Source of the DNA: an uncultured bacterium
GTDB taxonomy: Bacteria > Krumholzibacteriota > Krumholzibacteriia > JACNKJ01
Direction of reading: 5' to 3'
DNA length: 64,000 nt
NCBI GenBank assembly: GCA_963695095.1
Contig: CAVOFT010000001.1
Span: forward strand, 1,440,001 to 1,504,000
In this document: one piece after another, positions 58,594 through 64,000 of the stretch
Numbering within the stretch: position 1 is the first letter of the stretch
How the letters are laid out: the number at the start of each line of letters is the position of its first letter
Program-made: the position numbers and the translations under genes
Notes under the pieces: generated by a model
Told to the model about the DNA's origin: nothing
Seen by the model: only the letters and a program-made list of their open reading frames with translations
Databases searched by the model: none

Positions 58594-59697
58594 ATGAGAC
58601 TGTTCAAGCTCATGGGCCTCGCTGCCGCTCTGGTCCTCGCGTCCAGCGGCGCCGCGCTGGCCTTCCACGACGGCGGCGTCGCCGACTGCCAGGGCTGCCA
58701 CACCATGCACAACAGCATGGACGGCGAGCAGGTGGCCGACGTCGCAACCGGCAACGCGTACCTGCTCATCGACGGCAACTCCAGCGACACCTGCCTCAAC
58801 TGCCATGCGGCCTACGGCCAGTTCCTCGGCGGCACGGGCTACGGCCCGGGCGGCGACTTCTACTGGCTCACCAAGACCTACTCCTGGGATGCCCACGGCA
58901 GCACCGTGGAGAGCTCGGGCGACAGCCACGGCCACAACGTCATTTCGCCGGCCTATGGCCTGGCCGAGGACATGACCCTCAGCGAGGCCCCGGGTGGCGA
59001 CTTCCTGTCCACCTACCTGCGCTGCACGAGCTGCCACGATCCCCACGGCAACCAGAGCTTCCGTCTGCTCTACGGCACCGCCATGGGCCCGGTCTACAAC
59101 GGCGGCCGCTATGACTTCGACAGCGATGCGCCCGAGGCCAAGGGCAACAGCCGGCGCACCTACGTCGGCGGCGGCGGCAACGAGACCAACGCTCGCCACA
59201 CCGTCTACAAGTCGGGCATGAGCGAGTGGTGCGCGAACTGCCACACCACCTTCCACTCCGACAACACCAACAACTTCGTGCACCCCACGGGCGAGAACCT
59301 GGGCTCGACGATCGCGGCGGCCTACAACGCCTACATCAGCACGGACGAAGTGGTGGGCGGCGATCCGGCGACCTCCTACTGGGGCATCGTGCCCTTCGAG
59401 GCCGTCAACGTGGACCTGGAGACCGTCAGCACGACCAACAACACGCAGGGTCCGGGCGGCACCGATCAGGTGATGTGCCTGTCCTGCCACCGCGCGCACG
59501 CCTCGGCCTTCGGCGACGCGGGCCGCTGGGACTTCGGCGAGACCTTCATCGCGGAATCCCATCCCCAGCCCACGGACACCGGCTGGACGCAGGAAGACGC
59601 GGACAACATGTACTATGACTACACCTTCGTCCACAACCAGCGCTCGCTGTGCAACAAGTGCCATGTGAAGGACCTGGGTGATGCCCCTTTGGAGTAG
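58594..59697 (+). CDS. omcS-like: OmcS-family hexaheme cytochrome c (nanowire subunit homologue)
   Basis: Signal peptide then FHDGGVADCQGCHTMHNS; six CxxCH; PGGDF.W..KTY.W, GHNV, CTSCHDPHG, GMSEWCANCH, HP.G, PFE, CLSCHRAHAS, QRSLCNKCHVKD, all recalled hallmarks of G. sulfurreducens OmcS/OmcT. Confidence 0.9.
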   Translation: MRLFKLMGLAAALVLASSGAALAFHDGGVADCQGCHTMHNSMDGEQVADVATGNAYLLIDGNSSDTCLNCHAAYGQFLGGTGYGPGGDFYWLTKTYSWDAHGSTVESSGDSHGHNVISPAYGLAEDMTLSEAPGGDFLSTYLRCTSCHDPHGNQSFRLLYGTAMGPVYNGGRYDFDSDAPEAKGNSRRTYVGGGGNETNARHTVYKSGMSEWCANCHTTFHSDNTNNFVHPTGENLGSTIAAAYNAYISTDEVVGGDPATSYWGIVPFEAVNVDLETVSTTNNTQGPGGTDQVMCLSCHRAHASAFGDAGRWDFGETFIAESHPQPTDTGWTQEDADNMYYDYTFVHNQRSLCNKCHVKDLGDAPLE

Positions 59698-59771
59698 TGG
59701 TCACGGGAATTCCCCTCGGCTTCTAGCGAGGGGGCGGCCTTGAGGTCCCCGTGACCTCGATGGACATCTGG

Positions 59772-59801
59772 CGGGCGGCTCCGCGAGGAGCCGCCCGTTT
59801 T
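59772..59801 (+). terminator. Intrinsic terminator after omcS-like gene
   Basis: CGGGCGGCTCC-GCGA-GGAGCCGCCCG-TTTT. Confidence 0.88.
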
Positions 59802-59819
59802 CGTACCCACCCCTCGCGC

Positions 59820-59848
59820 TTGACGCCCGCGCGCGCAGCGCCTAGCCT
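59820..59848 (+). promoter_or_regulatory. sigma70 promoter of tRNA(CAT)
   Basis: TTGACG-N17-TAGCCT. Confidence 0.65.
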
Positions 59849-59856
59849 GGGCTGAC

Positions 59857-59929
59857 GGGCCCATAGCTCAGTGGTGAGAGCAGACGACTCATAATCGTTG
59901 GGTCGCAGGTTCAAATCCTGCTGGGCCCA
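59857..59929 (+). tRNA. tRNA with CAT anticodon, most likely tRNA-Ile2 (lysidine)
   Basis: GGGCCCA/TGGGCCC acceptor, anticodon arm GACGA-CTCATAA-TCGTT similar to Ile2 tRNAs; lacks initiator features. Confidence 0.88.
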
Positions 59930-59960
59930 CTGGCCGTTCACCCCCTTTGTCGCGGTGCGC

Positions 59961-60671
59961 ATGCAAAACAGCGAGCAGCTCCTGGCCCTCTATCACCTCG
60001 ACCGCCGCCTGGACTTCATCCTCCGCCGTCTCGCCGAGATTCCGGGCGCGCAGCGCGCACTGCAGAAGGAGCGCGCGGTGCGCGAGGCGAGGCAGCGGGG
60101 GCGCGAGCAGGCGGCCGCCGAGCTGGTGGAAGCGCTCCGGCGGCTCGAACGGGACAGCGCGAGCCTGGCCGCCGAGCGCCGTCGCCTCGAGACCCAGCAG
60201 AGCGCGGTGACCGACATGCAGGCCCTGGCCGCCAGCGAGCATCAGCTGGCGCGCTGTGACGAGCGCATTGCCGGCGTGGAGGCGACCATCCTGGTCAAGC
60301 TCGAGGCCCAGGAGATCCACGAGCGGGAGCTCAGCTTGCGCGCGGCGCGGGAGGCCGAGGAGGCGCGCGCCGCCGCCGCGGAGCTCGCTGCCCTGGCCGG
60401 CGAGGCGGCCGAGTGCGCAGCGGAGCGGGACCAGGCCCTCGCCGAGCGCGAGGCCACGCTCGCCGCCATGCCCGCCGCCGACGCCCGGCTCTACCGGCGC
60501 CTCTTCGGCAACCATGGCCATCGCAGCCTGGCCGGCCTGCGCGGGGACGCCTGCGGCGCCTGCGGCGCCGCGCTGCCGCCCCAGGAATTGCTCGAATTGC
60601 GCAAGGACAACCGCGTGCTCAGCTGCCAGGGCTGCGGACGCCTCGTGCTGCGCGCGGAAGGGGAGGCCTGA
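59961..60671 (+). CDS. Coiled-coil C4 zinc-ribbon protein (DUF164/zf-RING_7)
   Basis: LL.L..LD coiled coil; CGAC...LPPQ...CQGCGR. Confidence 0.85.
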   Translation: MQNSEQLLALYHLDRRLDFILRRLAEIPGAQRALQKERAVREARQRGREQAAAELVEALRRLERDSASLAAERRRLETQQSAVTDMQALAASEHQLARCDERIAGVEATILVKLEAQEIHERELSLRAAREAEEARAAAAELAALAGEAAECAAERDQALAEREATLAAMPAADARLYRRLFGNHGHRSLAGLRGDACGACGAALPPQELLELRKDNRVLSCQGCGRLVLRAEGEA

Positions 60672-61294
60672 TGCCCGCGCCTGCTGCCGAACTCCTGGAT
60701 GCCCTGCTGGAGTACCTCCGCGGCGAGACAGCGCCGGCTGGGCCTGCCCGCCGAGGCCCGCGCGCGCCTGGCCGCCTGGCTGCAGGCGGAGCTCGCCCCT
60801 GCCGCCCACTCGCCGGCGCCGGCGATGCCGGGCGCGACGGCGGCGCCGGCGGTTACTGCAGCACCGGGAGCCGGCAAGGGGCCCGCGGTGGCGCCGGGCT
60901 GGTTGCTCGTCTTCACGGATGGCGCGAGCCGCGGCAATCCCGGCCTCGCCGCCGCGGGGGTGCGTCATCTACGCCGCGACTGGCGAGCTGCACCGGGAGG
61001 GCAAGGCGCTCGGGCGTCCTCACCAACAACCAGGCGGAGTACCGCGCCCTGCTGCTCGGCCTCGCCGCGGCCCGGCAGCTGGGGGGCGAGCGGGTCGAGG
61101 TGGCCATGGACAGCGAGCTCATCGTGCGCCAGCTCGAGGGCCGCTACAAGGTGAAGCACCCGCAGCTCAAGCCGCTCTACGAGGAAGCGCGCCTCGCCCT
61201 GGCGGCTTTTCGAGCCTGGCGCGTGCGCCACGTGCCGCGGGCGGAGAATGCCCTGGCCGATGCCCTTGCGAATCAGGCGCTGGACTCCCTATAA
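60671..61294 (+). CDS. rnhA: Ribonuclease HI family protein (frameshifts ~60735, ~60958, ~61013)
   Basis: FTDGASRGNPG, TNNQAEY, DSELIVRQ, HVPRAEN..AD.LAN.ALD. Confidence 0.85.
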   Translation: MPAPAAELLDALLEYLRGETAPAGPARRGPRAPGRLAAGGARPCRPLAGAGDAGRDGGAGGYCSTGSRQGARGGAGLVARLHGWREPRQSRPRRRGGASSTPRLASCTGRARRSGVLTNNQAEYRALLLGLAAARQLGGERVEVAMDSELIVRQLEGRYKVKHPQLKPLYEEARLALAAFRAWRVRHVPRAENALADALANQALDSL

Positions 61295-61295
61295 T
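61266..61295 (+). promoter_or_regulatory. Promoter of rnpB, embedded in the RNase HI 3' end
   Basis: TTGCGA-N18-TATAAT ending 7 nt before P1. Confidence 0.7.
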
Positions 61296-61301
61296 CGCCG
61301 C

Positions 61302-61662
61302 GGAAGCGAACCGGATGGTCGCGGAGCTCGTCTCCGAGGAAAGTCCGGGCTCCACAGGGCAGGGTGCTGGGTAACTCCCAGGGGAAGCGATTCCACGGAA
61401 AGTGCCACAGAAAACAAACCGCCCGCTTCATCGCGAGATGGACGGGTAAGGGTGAAAAGGTGAGGTAAGAGCTCACCGGGCGTCCGGCGACGGCGGCCGC
61501 ACGGTAAACCCCACCCGGAGCAAGACCAAATAGGGGAAGAGAGGCGGCCCGCCTCGTTCGACTCCCGGGTAGGTCGCTCGAGGCCGTCGGTAACGGCGGT
61601 CCTAGATAAATGGCCATCCCTCCCCACGGGGAGGACAGAACCCGGCTTACAGGTTCGCTTCC
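61302..61662 (+). ncRNA. rnpB: RNase P RNA (type A)
   Basis: P1 GGAAGCGAACC/GGTTCGCTTCC; GAGGAAAGTCCGGGCT; GAAAGTGCCACAGAAA; GGTAAACCCC; GAGCAAG; ACAGAACCCGGCTTA. Confidence 0.98.
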
Positions 61663-61700
61663 ACTTTCTGCCCGCCTGGGCGCCGCGCCTGCCCGGAACG

Positions 61701-63506
61701 GTGACGAGCCTTGCCTCTAGCGGAGGAGCACCCTTGCAGCAGGCCCCAGCCCCGATCCTGCGCCTCCGCGAGCCGCCGCCGGCGGGCGAGGTCGAGTCCC
61801 TGGCCCTGGCGCTCGAGCTGCCTCGCGCCGTGGCCGCCCTCGCCTGGCAGCGCGGTCTGCGGGACGCGGCGGCCTGGCGCCTCTGGCGCGAGAGCGACCC
61901 CGGTCAGCAACACGATCCCTTCCTGCTGCCGGACATGGCGCCGGCCGTCGATCGCCTGCGCTTCGCGCGCGAGCACGATCAGAAGGTGCTCATCCACGGC
62001 GACTACGACGTGGACGGCCTCACCGGTGCCGCCCTCCTGCGCCGCGCGCTGCGCGGTCTGGGCCTGGCCGCCGAGGCCTTCGTTCCCCATCGCGAGCGCG
62101 ATGGCTACGGCCTTTCCCGCCGCGCCCTGGAGAACGCGGCCGGGGCCGGCTGCAGCCTTGTCGTCACCGTCGATTGCGGCTCCTCCGAAGGCGCGCTGAT
62201 CGAGGAGTTCGCCCTGCGCGGGGTGGACACCATCATCACCGACCATCACCTCAGCACGGAGCGGCCCGAGGCCCTGGCCTTCGTCAGTCCCAAGCGGGCG
62301 GCGAGTCGCTACCCCTACGCCGAGCTCTGCGGCAGCGCCCTGGCCTACAAGCTGGCCCGCGCCCTGCACGAGGCGCTGGGCCGGCCCCTGCCCGCCGAGA
62401 CCTGGCTGGATTTCGTGGCCCTGGGCACGGTGGCCGACGTCTCGCCGCTCACGGGCGAGAACCGCTTGCTGGTGATGGCCGGCCTGCGCGAGATGAGCCG
62501 CCGTCTCACGGCGCGCCCGGGCTCTCGCGCCGACCGCCATCCCGCCTGGCGAGCCCTGGCCCGCGTGGCCGGCCTGGAGGCCGGCGAGCTGAGCGCTCAG
62601 GATCTGGCCTACCGCTTGGCGCCGCGACTGAACGCGCCGGGGCGCCTCGGCTCCGCCCAGCTCGCCCTGCAGCTCCTGATCAGCGAGGACAGCGGCGAGG
62701 CCGCGGCCCTGGCCACCCGCATCGAGGCCCTCAATTCGCGGCGGCGCGAGCTGGAGGGCGAGATCACGGAGGCCGCCCGCGGGCAGGCCCGCGAGCGGAT
62801 GGCCAGGGCCACCGAGGCCGAGCAGGCGCTGGGCCTGCTCGCCCTGGCCGACACCGGCTGGCACCCCGGCGTGCTGGGGATCAGCGCCGCGCGACTCAGC
62901 GAGGAGTTCGGGCGGCCGGTGATCCTGGCCGGTCTGGACAGCGCGGGCGGCGCGCGCGGATCGGGCCGCGGACCCGAGAGCCAGACGCTCGACCTCAAGG
63001 CCCTGCTGGATGCCTGCGCCCGCCACCTCGAGCGCCACGGCGGCCACCGGCGCGCCGTGGGCTTCTCCGTGCGGCCGGGCGCCTGGGCGGACTTCGCCGC
63101 CGCCCTCGAGCGCGAAGCCCCGCCCTTGCCGGCGCCGGCGCCGCTGACCGCCGACCTCGTCATCGCGGCGGCCGAGCTGGACCGCCGCTTCCTCGACGGC
63201 CTCGAGCGGCTCGGCCCCTTCGGCGAGGGCAATCCCGAGCCGCTGCTGCTGCTGCGCGAGGCGGTGCCACTGGACAGCCGCGTCCTCAAGGGCCAGCACC
63301 TGCGTCTGGACGTCCAGGCGCCCGGCGGCGAGCGCTTCAAGGTGATGGCCTTCGGGCGCGCGGCCGCGCTGGAAGGGCGCCTGCATCGGGGCGTCGCCCT
63401 GGATCTGTGCCTGCGCGTGAGCCGGGACACCTTCCAGCGCGCGCCGGGCGAGCATGGGCTCGCCCTGCAGCTCGTCGACCTGGCTCCGGCGGGGACGGCG
63501 GCATGA
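61701..63506 (+). CDS. recJ: Single-stranded DNA exonuclease RecJ (start may be TTG ~61734)
   Basis: HGDYDVDG, PHR..DGYG, TVDCG, ITDHH, LGTVADV, APRLNA.GR, WHPGV.GI, GSGR, GGH, PFG.GNP. Confidence 0.93.
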   Translation: MTSLASSGGAPLQQAPAPILRLREPPPAGEVESLALALELPRAVAALAWQRGLRDAAAWRLWRESDPGQQHDPFLLPDMAPAVDRLRFAREHDQKVLIHGDYDVDGLTGAALLRRALRGLGLAAEAFVPHRERDGYGLSRRALENAAGAGCSLVVTVDCGSSEGALIEEFALRGVDTIITDHHLSTERPEALAFVSPKRAASRYPYAELCGSALAYKLARALHEALGRPLPAETWLDFVALGTVADVSPLTGENRLLVMAGLREMSRRLTARPGSRADRHPAWRALARVAGLEAGELSAQDLAYRLAPRLNAPGRLGSAQLALQLLISEDSGEAAALATRIEALNSRRRELEGEITEAARGQARERMARATEAEQALGLLALADTGWHPGVLGISAARLSEEFGRPVILAGLDSAGGARGSGRGPESQTLDLKALLDACARHLERHGGHRRAVGFSVRPGAWADFAAALEREAPPLPAPAPLTADLVIAAAELDRRFLDGLERLGPFGEGNPEPLLLLREAVPLDSRVLKGQHLRLDVQAPGGERFKVMAFGRAAALEGRLHRGVALDLCLRVSRDTFQRAPGEHGLALQLVDLAPAGTAA

Positions 63507-64000
63507 ACAGCGCAGGACCGCCTCCCATCGCCCGCGATCCGGACGGCGCCGCCGAGCTGGCGGAGCTGCTGGCCACGGCCCGCCGGCTATCGCCGCAGGT
63601 GAACGCGGAGATCGTCGAGAAGGCCTACCGGCGCGCGCATGCCGCGCATGCCGAGCAGCGGCGGGTCTCCGGCGAGCCCTACTTCGTCCACGTGCTCGCC
63701 GTCGCCCGCACCTGCGCCGAGCTGAACCTGGGCTCCAACGCCATCGCCGCCGCGCTCCTGCACGACACCGTCGAGGATGCCGGACTCAGCCCCGATCAGC
63801 TGCGCGAGGAGTTCAACCCGACGGTGGCCCTGCTCGTCGACGGCGTGAGCAAGATCGGCGCCCTGCGCTTCGAGAGCGCCGAGCGCGCCCAGGCGGAGAA
63901 CTTCCGCAAGCTGCTCCTGCACATGAGCCGCGACATCCGCATCCTGCTCATCAAGCTGGCGGACCGGCTGCACAACATGGCCACGCTCGAGCACCTGCCG
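63503..64000 (+). CDS. spoT: RelA/SpoT (p)ppGpp synthetase/hydrolase, N-terminal HD domain (runs off window)
   Basis: My translation: AH.EQRRVSGEPYFVH, AALLHDTVED, LVDGVSK, QAENFRKLLL.M..DIR..LIKLADRLHNM. Confidence 0.92.
   Translation, partial: MNSAGPPPIARDPDGAAELAELLATARRLSPQVNAEIVEKAYRRAHAAHAEQRRVSGEPYFVHVLAVARTCAELNLGSNAIAAALLHDTVEDAGLSPDQLREEFNPTVALLVDGVSKIGALRFESAERAQAENFRKLLLHMSRDIRILLIKLADRLHNMATLEHLP

Noticed and set aside
61167..61627. Small ORFs over rnpB and over the tRNAs (e.g. 26556-26756, 59723-59962, 33210-33542)
   Set aside because: Translations of structural RNA genes.

Overview
High-GC Gram-negative bacterial chromosome segment. Secreted proteins ending in an FlgD-Ig/'NPFNP...KMLLLK' tail plus LPS genes suggest an FCB-group lineage such as Krumholzibacteriota/Latescibacterota (inference). 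Most of the window is housekeeping: acnA, nth, waaA/GT9, uvrA, galE, glmM-glmS, lepA-lepB-hemW-hrcA-grpE-dnaJ-rsmE, yqeY-cvpA-mutS2-dnaG-rpoD, RNase HI, rnpB, recJ, rel/spoT, and tRNAs Phe, Thr, Sec and Ile2. The highlight is an ~11.5 kb cluster (48.2-59.8 kb) between rpoD and tRNA-Ile2. It encodes a clear homologue of the Geobacter nanowire hexaheme cytochrome OmcS, an NHL beta-propeller, a ~1039-aa cytochrome with 42 CxxCH motifs (after correcting one frameshift), a SurA/PpiC foldase, a lipoprotein, a CsgG/TolB-N-like protein and a large outer-membrane beta-barrel. Together these look like a cytochrome-nanowire / extracellular electron transfer apparatus in a lineage that does not appear to be Geobacter. 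Other notable signals are a covarying 65-nt hairpin at the stop codon of two secreted-protein genes, an IRE-like CAGUGU hairpin in the aconitase leader, tandem XRE-cupin regulators with near-identical recognition helices, and tRNA-Sec. More than 20 single-base insertions break genes, including essential rpoD and glmS, and are best read as sequencing errors.
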